A DNA stretch of 64,000 bases from Gammaproteobacteria bacterium (GCA_965222615.1 CBDCUI010000007.1:23479-87478); one strand, 5' to 3'; positions 1 to 10,300 are shown, counted from the stretch's first letter. Numbers and translations: made by a program. Notes: a model not told the origin generated them from the letters alone.

Positions 1-1
1 T

Positions 2-703
2 TCCAGAGCTGCACTTGAGGTAATCATTGCGCAGCGATTAGATTTATTACATCCCTTATCTGAGCGTATGGAATTAGTTTCTCCAGACCCAAATAATGCA
101 GAAGATTGGATCAACAAGGCACTGGAACAAAATTTAATCTTATTGTCTAGCGAATACACAACCGACATTGCTAAACAAGAAATTAAATTACAACAATCTC
201 GTCACTATCCCACGCTGGACATCGTCGCATCTCATACAGATACTGATACGGGCGGTTTAAGCGGTTCATTCGAAAGCGAAGATACACGTATCGGTTTACA
301 ACTAAATATCCCCCTAGTTGAAGGGGGTCGAACGTATTATCGAACCAAAGAGGCTCGTCATAACGCAGAACTTGCACAGGGCCAACACGAAAAAATTCGT
401 CGCGAAACCATCCAAAATGCACGTGATGCGTATCTAAATGTCATTGCCGGCATTAGTCGTGTTAAAGCTCTAGCCCAAGCACTTGAATCTACCCGGGCTG
501 CCGCAGAAGCGGCTGAGGCTGGGTTCCAAGTAGGGACACGCACTTCCGTCGATGTGTTACTCGCATTACAAGAGACTTTTGCAGCGCAACGGGATTATTC
601 ACGCGCCCGTTATGACTATCTGTTAAATACCCTGCGACTTAAGCAAGCAGTAGGCACCTTATCAATTGATGATTTACTACAGATCGATGGTTGGCTAAAT
701 TAG
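2..703 (+). CDS. tolC: Outer-membrane efflux channel, TolC family (C-terminal part; N-terminus lies upstream of the window)
   Basis: The frame is open from the window edge to the stop at 703, so the M at 68 is internal. The translation (QQSRHYPTLDIVASH, RIGLQLNIPLVEGGRTYYRTKEA, AQRDYSRARYDYLLNTLRLKQAVGTL) is typical of the second TolC/OMF repeat. Confidence 0.85.
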   Translation, partial: SRAALEVIIAQRLDLLHPLSERMELVSPDPNNAEDWINKALEQNLILLSSEYTTDIAKQEIKLQQSRHYPTLDIVASHTDTDTGGLSGSFESEDTRIGLQLNIPLVEGGRTYYRTKEARHNAELAQGQHEKIRRETIQNARDAYLNVIAGISRVKALAQALESTRAAAEAAEAGFQVGTRTSVDVLLALQETFAAQRDYSRARYDYLLNTLRLKQAVGTLSIDDLLQIDGWLN

Positions 704-1980
704 CCAACGCCATGTCAACTAAATCAAATTGCACGTCGTTGCGTTATAAATTACTTCTGTTCCTGCTTAGCCCGGTAGTTTTTGGTTATATTGTTTATCG
801 CACTTTTAAAGATGGTGGACGTAACTATTTTTCACAACGCCTGGGCTTCAATTACCCCTCAATATTATCAGAGCCAATATTGATCCATTGTGCATCGGTG
901 GGTGAATTTAACGCCGCCAAACCATTAATACAGGAACTTAACAAACAATATCCAAATACTAGCTTAGTGATATCTACTAATACCCCTACCGCTGCTCAGC
1001 TAGTATCAAAACTTCAACTTAACAACGTCTCACATGTCTATTTGCCATTGGACTATTCAGCTACTGTCAACGCCTTCTTAAAAAAAATCAATCCCAAATG
1101 CATATTAGTACTAGAAACAGAAATTTGGCCAAATTTATTTTTGTCAGCCGCTCAAAATAAAATTCCGCTAACAATCATCAATGGAAGACTGACTAAAAAA
1201 TCAATCAAGGCCAGCGCGATGATAAAACAGGATTATGAAGCCGCATTAAAAATGCTTACCGCTGTTCTCGCCAGGTCTGACCTAGACCGCTCTAAGTTTA
1301 TTGGTATCGGTGCTCACGAAAAGACCACTCACACCGCTGGCAATTTAAAATATGCAACTGCATTCATGAGCAGTACTAACTTAGCGTGCACTACTATTAA
1401 ACGTCCTTTTGTGTTAGCGGTATCGACACACGATGATGAAGAACAGCAGCTTGCACAACATATAACTGTTCTCAAAAAAAAGAATTACCTACTTGTAATT
1501 GCACCTCGTTATCCAGAACGTTGCAAGAAATTACAACAACAATTTCAACAAGAAAAAATCAATGTCGCGTTACGAAGCAATCAAAATGCGGCCGCGGATG
1601 ACTCAGATATTTATATTATTGACACTTTGGGAGAGTTAGAAATGTATCTCAATGAAGCTGCATTAGTATTTGTAGGCGGGTCACTGATCCCAAGAGGTGG
1701 ACACAATATACTAGAACCAGCCATTTTCGGTAAATGTACTATTGTAGGCCCACATACTGATAATTTTGCGCTTGAAACCAAAGAGCTATTAGAAGCTAAA
1801 GGCATAGTTCAAATAAAGGATACTCATGATTTAGGCGTGAAGTTTGTGCAACTGCTAAATAATGATCGAGAGCGAATACAATACGGATTAAACGCGCGAA
1901 AACTTATCGAAAAAAAATCAGCCGTACTAAAAAACTATTTTAAATTTCTAGAACCAATTATTAAAAACACAACTTCTTAG
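691..1980 (+). CDS. waaA: 3-deoxy-D-manno-octulosonic acid (Kdo) transferase
   Basis: 429 aa with an N-terminal membrane anchor. IHCASVGEFNAAKPLI, ETEIWPN and GGSLIPRGGHNILEPA are WaaA/KdtA (GT30) signatures. The start is ambiguous: 691 overlaps tolC by 13 nt, and there is an alternative ATG at 712. Confidence 0.9.
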   Translation: MAKLANAMSTKSNCTSLRYKLLLFLLSPVVFGYIVYRTFKDGGRNYFSQRLGFNYPSILSEPILIHCASVGEFNAAKPLIQELNKQYPNTSLVISTNTPTAAQLVSKLQLNNVSHVYLPLDYSATVNAFLKKINPKCILVLETEIWPNLFLSAAQNKIPLTIINGRLTKKSIKASAMIKQDYEAALKMLTAVLARSDLDRSKFIGIGAHEKTTHTAGNLKYATAFMSSTNLACTTIKRPFVLAVSTHDDEEQQLAQHITVLKKKNYLLVIAPRYPERCKKLQQQFQQEKINVALRSNQNAAADDSDIYIIDTLGELEMYLNEAALVFVGGSLIPRGGHNILEPAIFGKCTIVGPHTDNFALETKELLEAKGIVQIKDTHDLGVKFVQLLNNDRERIQYGLNARKLIEKKSAVLKNYFKFLEPIIKNTTS

Positions 1981-1983
1981 TTA

Positions 1984-2724
1984 CTAATTGTTATATCCTT
2001 CTAGCAGTAGAGAATAATCCTTTTCCGAGTAGTTAAACGTTGAATTAGTATTTTTTAACTTTAAAAGTGATCGTTGAAACCTTTCAAGATTACGTTGCCG
2101 CCAATTACTAGTTGATTTATCCACTTTAGATTTATCAAAGTCTATTAAAAATATATTATTCTTATCATCGATTAAAATATTATGTGCGTTTAAATCGGCA
2201 TGATTGATACTGTGATTGTGGAATTTCTGAATAACTAAACCAATTTTATGCCAATATTCCTTCTGTAAAGCATCTTGCTTTAGGAATGAGCTAATAGATT
2301 GTGTATTAGGAATGAGTTGGGTCACAATATCAGCTGTATAGGTTAACCCCATTTTTTTTATATGGGCGGCGATAGGAGTTGGTACTGGTAATTGTTTATT
2401 AAGCATTAACGATAATAAATCAAGCTCCTCAACGGCTCTGGTATTATGTAATCCTCTCCATACATAAGTATCTTTAGTAAATTTATGAATATGACCTCCT
2501 CGATAATAATGACGCAGTACTAGGTCGTACTGATTAAATTTAAATACATAAACAGCTCCCCTGCCATTAGAATCTCGAACGTTTAAATACTTTTGATGCA
2601 ATAGTGAATTATCGACTAAATACTTTGGATCAAATAAAGAAATAGGAAATGCGGAAAATAATGATTTGTTATGCGCAACAATATCGTTACCATAGTGTTT
2701 AAATTCAAAAGAATTCATATACAC
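1984..2724 (-). CDS. kdkA: Kdo kinase (3-deoxy-D-manno-octulosonic acid kinase)
   Basis: 246 aa kinase fold with LRHYYRGG and a catalytic-loop-like NHADLNAHNILIDDKNNIFLIDFDKS. It lies immediately downstream of and convergent with waaA. Confidence 0.8.
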   Translation of the reverse strand: MYMNSFEFKHYGNDIVAHNKSLFSAFPISLFDPKYLVDNSLLHQKYLNVRDSNGRGAVYVFKFNQYDLVLRHYYRGGHIHKFTKDTYVWRGLHNTRAVEELDLLSLMLNKQLPVPTPIAAHIKKMGLTYTADIVTQLIPNTQSISSFLKQDALQKEYWHKIGLVIQKFHNHSINHADLNAHNILIDDKNNIFLIDFDKSKVDKSTSNWRQRNLERFQRSLLKLKNTNSTFNYSEKDYSLLLEGYNN

Positions 2725-2763
2725 TGATTTTGCTGTCTATCAATTAAAAGTAATTTATTCAAC

Positions 2764-3825
2764 ATGAATAGTCCACCAAAGTCTATTTGTATATTACGCT
2801 TATCCGCAATTGGAGATATAACTCACATGGTGCCTGTGGTTCGCACCATACAAAAATATTGGCCTGATACAGAACTTACCTGGATTATTGGGAAAAATGA
2901 AGCACGGCTCATAAATGACATTCCTGAGATAGAATTTATAGAAGTTGATAAGTCTAATTTTATTCATAGTTGTAAAAATATAGTCAAAATAATGAAAAAT
3001 AGAAAATTTGATGCATTGTTATGCGCACAAGTTGCATTACGAGCCAATATCATTAGTGCCTTGATACCGGCCACCCAAAAAATAGGCTATGACAATACCA
3101 GATCCAAAGACTTTCATTCATTGTTCATAAAGCAGCACATCAAAACCACACCAAAGCAACATGTGCTCGATAGTTTCTTTAGTTTTATCGAATATATTGG
3201 CTTACTTGAACGTGAAATGGTATGGCAATATCACATCCCGAATGAAGCACAAGAATTTGCTAAGCAACATCTATCCGGTGATCAATTTAAGGTAATCATC
3301 AGCCCATGTTCGAGCCACCCGTTACGCAACTGGGACACTGAGAGATATGCCGCGGTGGCAGACTATGCAATTGAAACATATGAAGCGCAAGTAATACTTT
3401 GTGGTGGACCCTCTGTAATCGAGAGACAAATCGGTACCGCGATAGAACACCAAATGCAAAATTCGGCTACAAATTTGATTGGAAGAGATACTCTAAAAAA
3501 ATTTCTTGCACTGTTACAGCGGAGCCATGTCTTAATTTCACCTGATTCTGGCCCCGCACACATGGCCACAGGAATGGGTATCCCGGTGATTGGTTTATAC
3601 GCAGCAAGCAATCCCAAACGTAGCGGCCCCTATTTAAGTCAAAAATGGTGTGTGGACAAGTACGACGATGCGTCACGTTTATTTAGAAACAAACCCGCAA
3701 GTGAATTAAAATGGGGAACGAAATTAGAATTTGAAGGCGTGATGGATTTAATAAATGTCAAAGACGTAACCGAAAAATTAGATCAAGTTACACAACAATA
3801 TTTAAATAAACCTAAAAGTTACTAA
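2764..3825 (+). CDS. ADP-heptose:LPS heptosyltransferase (glycosyltransferase family 9)
   Basis: The N-terminus ILRLSAIGDITHMVPVVRTIQKYWPDTELTWIIGK and the C-terminal ISPDSGPAHMATGMGIPVIGLY are the classic GT9 motifs. I cannot tell which heptosyltransferase (I, II or III) it is. Confidence 0.85.
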   Translation: MNSPPKSICILRLSAIGDITHMVPVVRTIQKYWPDTELTWIIGKNEARLINDIPEIEFIEVDKSNFIHSCKNIVKIMKNRKFDALLCAQVALRANIISALIPATQKIGYDNTRSKDFHSLFIKQHIKTTPKQHVLDSFFSFIEYIGLLEREMVWQYHIPNEAQEFAKQHLSGDQFKVIISPCSSHPLRNWDTERYAAVADYAIETYEAQVILCGGPSVIERQIGTAIEHQMQNSATNLIGRDTLKKFLALLQRSHVLISPDSGPAHMATGMGIPVIGLYAASNPKRSGPYLSQKWCVDKYDDASRLFRNKPASELKWGTKLEFEGVMDLINVKDVTEKLDQVTQQYLNKPKSY

Positions 3826-3826
3826 T

Positions 3827-4216
3827 ATGGAAAATATCAAAGTACCTATTTCACCAGGTGAATTACTAGATAAAATTACTATCTTAGAAATAAAGACAGA
3901 AAAAATTCAAGATAAGGAAAAACTACTAAATATTAAATCTGAGTTAGGTTTATTAAATAATGTTTGGGAAAATTCCATTTCGAATAACGAAACCATGCTT
4001 CAATTAAAAAAGGAACTCAAATGTAATAACCAGAATTTATGGGATATCGAAGATAAAATCCGTATCAAAGAATCAAAACAAGAATTCGATCAAGAATTTA
4101 TCGAGTTAGCTCGCTCAGTGTATATTCAAAATGACAAACGCGCAGCAACAAAAAAAGAAATTAACCTTTTGCTTGGATCGCAAATAATCGAGGAAAAATC
4201 TTATGCAGATTATTGA
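3827..4216 (+). CDS. Small hypothetical protein, predicted helical/coiled-coil, Lys/Glu-rich
   Basis: 129-aa ORF starting 1 nt after the heptosyltransferase stop, which suggests coupling. It has no signal peptide or TM segment. I do not recognise a characterised family. Confidence 0.55.
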   Translation: MENIKVPISPGELLDKITILEIKTEKIQDKEKLLNIKSELGLLNNVWENSISNNETMLQLKKELKCNNQNLWDIEDKIRIKESKQEFDQEFIELARSVYIQNDKRAATKKEINLLLGSQIIEEKSYADY

Positions 4217-4905
4217 TTCGTTTTTACTATTCGATTCCGATACCAAAGCGATAACACATACAACATTATAAATAACGCCAATAAACTTTCTTTAACTTCG
4301 CCAGCTCGTATATCTAATACGTTTGGAATTTCTATATTTAAGCCCTCATAAATTTTCTCATTCCAACTAACTAGCAAAGAAAACAATGCAGCGGGCAAAC
4401 ACACATAAGTCGGCCAAAGCCAATATGCATTTGAGTTTTTGCTAGGATATTTCTTTGTCAACATCCGAAAAAGCGGCACTAACACACCACCAATCAATGC
4501 AGCAAGCGATAACAAAGTTCGAGGAATCTGATCAAAGATCGGACTGGTATTATGCAAATTGGTCTCATTTTGGTCATTAATATTCGACCAAGTTTCGGGC
4601 GTACTCCAACCGAAGAAATGTTGGCCCCAACTTATCTCTTCACCGGCAAAATATATACACCCTAATATCAATAGCACCATCCACCATTTAAACCAAGCAT
4701 GTTTTGAAAAATCATGGGTTTTAATAAAAATCACACTGAAAATAATTGCTATGATTAAATAAATAACCGTTGTCACCTCTACCCATCCAGTTTCCAGATA
4801 CATAAAGGTATATGCCTTGTCACTAACCGCCCTAGAAATATAAGGTGTTAGTAACATTGCTATCGGAAAAAATAGCCAAATCAATTTATGCAAATCTTTA
4901 TCCAT
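4210..4905 (-). CDS. Hypothetical polytopic inner-membrane protein (about 6 TM)
   Basis: The ORF 4210..4956 overlaps the upstream kinase gene by 46 nt. The internal ATG at 4905 (MDKDLHKLIWLFFPIAML...) removes the overlap and starts 5 nt after the kinase stop. Hydrophobic segments run throughout. Confidence 0.55.
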   Translation of the reverse strand: MDKDLHKLIWLFFPIAMLLTPYISRAVSDKAYTFMYLETGWVEVTTVIYLIIAIIFSVIFIKTHDFSKHAWFKWWMVLLILGCIYFAGEEISWGQHFFGWSTPETWSNINDQNETNLHNTSPIFDQIPRTLLSLAALIGGVLVPLFRMLTKKYPSKNSNAYWLWPTYVCLPAALFSLLVSWNEKIYEGLNIEIPNVLDIRAGEVKESLLALFIMLYVLSLWYRNRIVKTNQ

Positions 4906-4910
4906 ATAAG

Positions 4911-5570
4911 TTAATTTTTCCCAAGTCTGCGTTTTTGTTGACCTCGACGTTCCCAATTCTTCAAGCTTCGGTAATCTCTATGAGACTTGTTACGCAGGCC
5001 CAATTTAAACCCTAGAGCCATAAATGGGTTGGGCGGATTCATATGTTGTGGCAAAAGATTAAAATCATATAACTTTGGCATCCAATGATCCCCTTGTTTG
5101 TTTACTAGGATATTCCCGACACTGATATCCAAATCATGCACATTTACTGACTCTGCAGCGCGAACAATTTCATAGCCAATCTTAAGGACTTCATTTGGAA
5201 GATAACCTAACGTGGAAATCAGATTTTTAAGCGTAATTCCTTCCACATACTCCTGCACAAAAGAGTGTGTATAACCACAGCTCTTTGGAAATACTTTTAG
5301 CGGAGCTGCAATGTAATTTTGTATAGATTCAATATTATACAAAATAGAATTACGTTTAAACTCAAATTCAGCAATATCAATATTGCATTTGTCACTATAT
5401 TTTTCAATAAATTCCTTGCGATATATTTTAATGACGACTTCGTGATTTTTATATTTCCCTTTATAGGAAAACGATCGACGGCCTCTACCCAAAAAACTAA
5501 CAACTTGTATTTCTGGTGGTAAGTTTACAGGCTGCTGTAATTCTTGTTCTAGATCTTTGGCTAGCTGCAT
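4911..5570 (-). CDS. Protein-kinase-fold protein, probable LPS-core (heptose/sugar) kinase
   Basis: Kinase-fold motifs: Gly-rich loop LGRGRRSFSY, VVIKIY lysine, catalytic loop HDLDISVGNILV, and YDFN (DFG-like). Located in the LPS-core locus. Confidence 0.65.
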   Translation of the reverse strand: MQLAKDLEQELQQPVNLPPEIQVVSFLGRGRRSFSYKGKYKNHEVVIKIYRKEFIEKYSDKCNIDIAEFEFKRNSILYNIESIQNYIAAPLKVFPKSCGYTHSFVQEYVEGITLKNLISTLGYLPNEVLKIGYEIVRAAESVNVHDLDISVGNILVNKQGDHWMPKLYDFNLLPQHMNPPNPFMALGFKLGLRNKSHRDYRSLKNWERRGQQKRRLGKN

Positions 5571-5747
5571 TCTTCGATGTATCCGTTAAATGAAATTTAA
5601 AAGTGTTTTTTATAAGCAACGTATGCAAAAATGTACCATTAAATCAACCAATGAGAATAATTTAATAAAATTAACATACTAAGCAACTTAATCTGCTTCG
5701 TGAAACTCATACCACATTGTAACTGAGAAACCAAACTAGCTGTAACA

Positions 5748-6614
5748 GTGAACCTACAACAGTACAAACATGGAAAATATTCAGTAAATAAGAGTCTCTC
5801 ATACCATAGTGCGATTGAGAAATGGATACAAACAGGACAATTTTTAGAACGTGAGCAAGATGATCTACGGCTAAATAAAAAGACCAGAAAACGTAATAAG
5901 CTATATTGCTTTCATAGCGAACTCACGAATACAAATCTTGTGATGAAAGTTTCACAAATAAGTAAAGATTACAAATTCTGGAGAAAAGTAGATCTATACA
6001 TAACCAGTATATTTAAAGACTATAATTACAATAGTTATCATAATAGCATGGAACTGCGTGAAGCAGACATCGATACAATTAAGCCCATAGCATATTGGAC
6101 ATATGAATTCTCTTGGCTGAATCGCAAGAGTTATTTTCTATATGAAAAAATTGAAAGCGATTTAACGGTTACAGAACTTTGCAATAAAATCATTGCAACA
6201 AACATCCCTAATAAACGCGAACTAACCGAAGCAATAATCAATCGATGTATTAATATTGTAAAAAAAATCCATGCTGCAAATATTCGACACGATGATCCAC
6301 ACGGCGGCAATATATTAACAAGTCTAGAATTATCGAAGACAAATAAAATTAATGTAGAAGATATAAATAACTCAAGATTCATTTTAATCGACAATGATCG
6401 ATGCACCAAGGCTACTAGTTCAATACCATTTATAAAACAATTCTTTGATCTTAAATGCTTAACCAGATTTAATGTTTGTGAAATCTCACACCAAGATTTA
6501 TTACAACGTTATTTAGGTAAAGATTACAAAAAATATTGGCAATATGTTTTAAATTTTTGGTTATCGGGAGGGTTTAATATCAAAAAACGCATCAATTATC
6601 TATTTGACCGTTAG
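5748..6614 (+). CDS. Lipopolysaccharide kinase (Kdo/WaaP/InaA) family protein
   Basis: GTG start, 288 aa. IRHDDPHGGNILTS and FILIDNDR resemble the WaaP/Kdo-kinase catalytic and Mg-binding loops. Divergent from the previous kinase. Confidence 0.6.
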   Translation: MNLQQYKHGKYSVNKSLSYHSAIEKWIQTGQFLEREQDDLRLNKKTRKRNKLYCFHSELTNTNLVMKVSQISKDYKFWRKVDLYITSIFKDYNYNSYHNSMELREADIDTIKPIAYWTYEFSWLNRKSYFLYEKIESDLTVTELCNKIIATNIPNKRELTEAIINRCINIVKKIHAANIRHDDPHGGNILTSLELSKTNKINVEDINNSRFILIDNDRCTKATSSIPFIKQFFDLKCLTRFNVCEISHQDLLQRYLGKDYKKYWQYVLNFWLSGGFNIKKRINYLFDR

Positions 6615-7855
6615 GATTTCGATTGACTCATATCATGTGATAAAAACGCGGAATACAATAATGCACTAAGTACAGCAAAAAAAGTCCCCTGAGTATGGGT
6701 AGCTATTACTGAATTAACCAAACCACCTACTAATATGGTCACAATCATGCCTTTTGCAATTTGGTTATAAAGTGTAGGCAGTTGATTGCTTATCCTCCAC
6801 TGCTGGAAAAACAGCAAAAACAATAGCATTAAACCCAATAAACCCAATTGCACCCCAATGTTTACATATTCATTATGAGGATTTTGCGTTAACAAGCTTT
6901 TTTTATTTTTAATATTCTGTTCTTGGATATATTCTTTAAACTCTTCTCCAAAACTACCTGTCCCAGTTCCAAAAACTGGGTTTTGTTTAAAACTATCCCA
7001 ACCGCCTCGAGCCCAAATGATGCGCAATCCCAAGGAAGTTGCATAATTACCCTGTTGCATAAATGCCATATCGTCAAACAGCTCGATAATTCTTGTGCGG
7101 GTTATATCACTTGAAAATAAAATGGCTATCACGAAAGCGGGAACGATAATAGATCCGAGAACTGTAATTTTCCAACCCAAGTATTGATAAATCATCAGTA
7201 ACATTAAGGCGATCCATACCATTTGGCCAGAACGTGACGCAATCATCACCAAGGCGTTGTAACTTGCCAGCAAGGCTAAAAAAATAAATACATAGCGAAA
7301 GCGTTTATTGTTGACTGCGTGATGAATAAATAAATATGCTGCAAAAGCCACTAGCATTCCGTGAGCTATGCGACTGCGAAATACGATGTGCTCATCCCCT
7401 ACAGTTGCATAAGCACCAGAATAAATGCTTTCCGGCGACCAACCCGTTAAGGTTAAATAAGACATCAACATCATCAATGTCACTCCAGATAAAAAGGCCA
7501 TATAGCCAATTTTTTTCCATTGTGATTGATGAAATGCAGCTAATAATATTGGAATATATAAAAGCTTGCCGTACTTCTCGAGTACCGCGAGAGCATCATC
7601 TATTGATGCCGAGGTGTACAACAAGCCTATCACAAACATCATAAATAGACATAATGCAATCAGTGCAACCTTATTTTCAGCAATTAATTGATACTTGAAT
7701 TTATAATTACCAGCAATAATTGAAAAAATTAAAAATAATGCGAGAAAGATATTTGGAACTGCTGTGGGTAAAACAATGGCAAACAATGCAGCGCAAGCCA
7801 TTATCTTACTTGTTGATTCAGCAGCTTCAGCTAATTTAGTGTTATGCCATTTCAA
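6611..7855 (-). CDS. O-antigen ligase (WaaL/Wzy_C) family membrane protein
   Basis: 414 aa and about 10-12 TM. The periplasmic loop carries the Wzy_C-type motif NPHNEYVNIGVQLGLLGL. The gene sits between LPS kinase genes and hldE. Confidence 0.75.
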   Translation of the reverse strand: MKWHNTKLAEAAESTSKIMACAALFAIVLPTAVPNIFLALFLIFSIIAGNYKFKYQLIAENKVALIALCLFMMFVIGLLYTSASIDDALAVLEKYGKLLYIPILLAAFHQSQWKKIGYMAFLSGVTLMMLMSYLTLTGWSPESIYSGAYATVGDEHIVFRSRIAHGMLVAFAAYLFIHHAVNNKRFRYVFIFLALLASYNALVMIASRSGQMVWIALMLLMIYQYLGWKITVLGSIIVPAFVIAILFSSDITRTRIIELFDDMAFMQQGNYATSLGLRIIWARGGWDSFKQNPVFGTGTGSFGEEFKEYIQEQNIKNKKSLLTQNPHNEYVNIGVQLGLLGLMLLFLLFFQQWRISNQLPTLYNQIAKGMIVTILVGGLVNSVIATHTQGTFFAVLSALLYSAFLSHDMSQSKS

Positions 7856-7901
7856 GATTATTTACTTAACAAATCGGTAAGCTGCTTTAATACAGATAGT
7901 G

Positions 7902-9320
7902 TTAAGAATTTAGTATCGAATCAATAATTGTAGTCGTTGAGCAACCTTTAATATAGGGAGTGATTACAACCTCACCTCCATATTTACTAACAAGTTCATA
8001 TTCTGCTAGCTCTTCTTTCTTGTAATCTCCACCTTTAACATATACGTCCGGTTTTAATTCTTTAATTAACCGTAAAGGAGTATCCTCAGAAAACGGTATA
8101 ATCCAGTCTATACAACTCAACTCTTCTAAAACCGCAATACGATTTTGCAAACTACATATCGGGCGACTATCTCCCTTTAACTTTTTAACTGACATGTCGT
8201 CATTGATTGCGACAACTAATCGATCCCCTTTTGATTTTGCTTCTCGTAGACATGCGATGTGTCCCTGATGAATTAAATCAAAACAACCATTTGTAAAGAC
8301 TATTTTTTCATTATTTTCTTTAGCATCTAACAATGACTGCTTTAATTCACTTAGATCTGCAATGCTCTTGCCTCTACTTGTGAGCATTCTCAAAGCCGCA
8401 TCTAACTCATTTACTGTTACTGAAACCGTGCCTAACTTACCCACAGAGATACCAGCGCCAAGATTTGCGATTTTAACTGCATCGACAAGCCCATAACCCG
8501 CAGACATCGCGGCAGCCAACAAACCAACAACCGTATCACCAGCACCGGTTACATCATAAACTTCTTTGGCTTGAGTAGAAAAATGTCTAGGTTGCTCACC
8601 TTGCAAAAAAAGTGACATACCCTTTTCGCTGCGTGTAATTAGCAAGGCATCAAGATTAAGAGCTTGACACATTTTTACGGCTTGCTCCTCTAGTTCATCT
8701 TCATTATCACATTCACCCGAAACCTGTATAAATTCAGCATAATTTGGCGTGATAGCCGTTGCATTTTTATATTTTTTAAAATCATCGCCCTTGGGATCAA
8801 CAATTACCATTTTGTCCTTATCGCGGGCAATTTTGATTATTTTCTCAACTTGATTTACTGCGCCTTTACCATAATCAGATATAACCACCACATCGTGACT
8901 CGATATTAGCTCTTTACATAGTTTTATCAACTCAGAAATATCGACCTCGAAATCACTGCTCTCATAATCGAGCCTGAGTAATTGTTGGTTTCGACTTAAC
9001 ACTCGCAACTTGGCAGAAGTTTTACAATTTTTATTCTGGATAATATTAGATTTGATATCGGTTTTACTAAGTAAACTTATTAACTTTGTCGCATATTCAT
9101 CGTTTCCAACTGCTCCAATTAATGTGGCTGATGCACCAAGAGCACAAATATTCATTGCCACATTTGCCGCACCACCCAAACGCTCTTCTCTATTTTGAAT
9201 ATTAACAATAGGAACAGGTGCTTCAGGTGAAATACGTGCAGTGTCGCCATGCCAATATTGATCTAACATGACATCGCCAATTATTAGAACCTTAGCACTA
9301 CTGAGGTTACTTAAATTCAT
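7902..9320 (-). CDS. hldE: Bifunctional D-beta-D-heptose 7-phosphate kinase / heptose 1-phosphate adenylyltransferase
   Basis: 472 aa. The N-terminal ribokinase-like domain has VLIIGDVMLDQYWHG...ISPEAPVP and DVTGAGDT. The C-terminal cytidylyltransferase domain has VFTNGCFDLIHQGH. Confidence 0.95.
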   Translation of the reverse strand: MNLSNLSSAKVLIIGDVMLDQYWHGDTARISPEAPVPIVNIQNREERLGGAANVAMNICALGASATLIGAVGNDEYATKLISLLSKTDIKSNIIQNKNCKTSAKLRVLSRNQQLLRLDYESSDFEVDISELIKLCKELISSHDVVVISDYGKGAVNQVEKIIKIARDKDKMVIVDPKGDDFKKYKNATAITPNYAEFIQVSGECDNEDELEEQAVKMCQALNLDALLITRSEKGMSLFLQGEQPRHFSTQAKEVYDVTGAGDTVVGLLAAAMSAGYGLVDAVKIANLGAGISVGKLGTVSVTVNELDAALRMLTSRGKSIADLSELKQSLLDAKENNEKIVFTNGCFDLIHQGHIACLREAKSKGDRLVVAINDDMSVKKLKGDSRPICSLQNRIAVLEELSCIDWIIPFSEDTPLRLIKELKPDVYVKGGDYKKEELAEYELVSKYGGEVVITPYIKGCSTTTIIDSILNS

Positions 9321-9367
9321 TTAACCAAAAAATTAGCAACAGCAAGAGACATGTCAAAATATAGTGT

Positions 9368-10300
9368 TTATGCAATCAATGTTGTGTAAGTGAGCCACTC
9401 ATTATCGTAGGTGCGACGACCATAGACAGCATCAAAATACATTTCTTGAAGTTTTGTTGTAATTGGCCCAGGTGTACCTTCGCCAATCATGCGATTGTCA
9501 AGTTCACGAATAGGTGTCACTTCGGCAGCCGTTCCAGTAAAAAATGCTTCGTCTGCCGTATATACTTCATCCCGTGTAATTCTCTTTTCTATAACTTCAA
9601 CATTAACTAAATTTGCAAAAGTGACCAGCGTTTTACGCGTAATACCATCTAAGGCAGAAGTAAGTTCTGGAGTATAAATTTTTCCATCTTTAACAATAAA
9701 TATGTTTTCCCCACTACCTTCAGCAACAAATCCATCCACATCTAACAATAAGGCTTCATCATATCCATCATGTAAGGCCTCATGTAAGGCAAGCATGGAA
9801 TTTACGTAATTACCGTTAAGTTTTGCCTTACACATTGCAACATTTACATGGTGACGCGAAAAAGAAGAGGTCTTAACCCGAATTCCTTTCTTGATATTAT
9901 CTTCGCCCAAATAGGAGCCCCATTCCCAGGCAGCCACAATACAATGCACTTTTAAATTATCCGCTCTCAATCCCATTCCTTCCGAGCCATAAAAACACAT
10001 TGGTCGCATGTAACCGTAGCTCAAATTATTTTTATTAATTACATCGACTTGCGCCTGATTAATCTCTGCTGGGCTATATGGGATCGACATACCAATAATT
10101 TTTGCCGAATTAAATAATCGATTTGTATGATCATGTAGCCGAAATATTGCAGTACCTTGATCGGTTTTATATGCGCGCACACCTTCGAATACGCCTGCAC
10201 CATAATGCAAAGTATGCGTGAGCACATGGGTATTGGCTTCGCGCCAAGGCACAAATTCACCATCGTACCAAATGAAGCCATCCTTATCCGACATTGACAT
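9368..10300 (-). CDS. ilvE: Branched-chain amino acid aminotransferase (class IV)
   Basis: 310 aa. IWYDGEFVPWREANTHVLTHTLHYGAGVFEGVRAY and EVYTADEAFFTGTAAEVTPIRE closely resemble gammaproteobacterial IlvE. Confidence 0.93.
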   Translation of the reverse strand: MSMSDKDGFIWYDGEFVPWREANTHVLTHTLHYGAGVFEGVRAYKTDQGTAIFRLHDHTNRLFNSAKIIGMSIPYSPAEINQAQVDVINKNNLSYGYMRPMCFYGSEGMGLRADNLKVHCIVAAWEWGSYLGEDNIKKGIRVKTSSFSRHHVNVAMCKAKLNGNYVNSMLALHEALHDGYDEALLLDVDGFVAEGSGENIFIVKDGKIYTPELTSALDGITRKTLVTFANLVNVEVIEKRITRDEVYTADEAFFTGTAAEVTPIRELDNRMIGEGTPGPITTKLQEMYFDAVYGRRTYDNEWLTYTTLIA

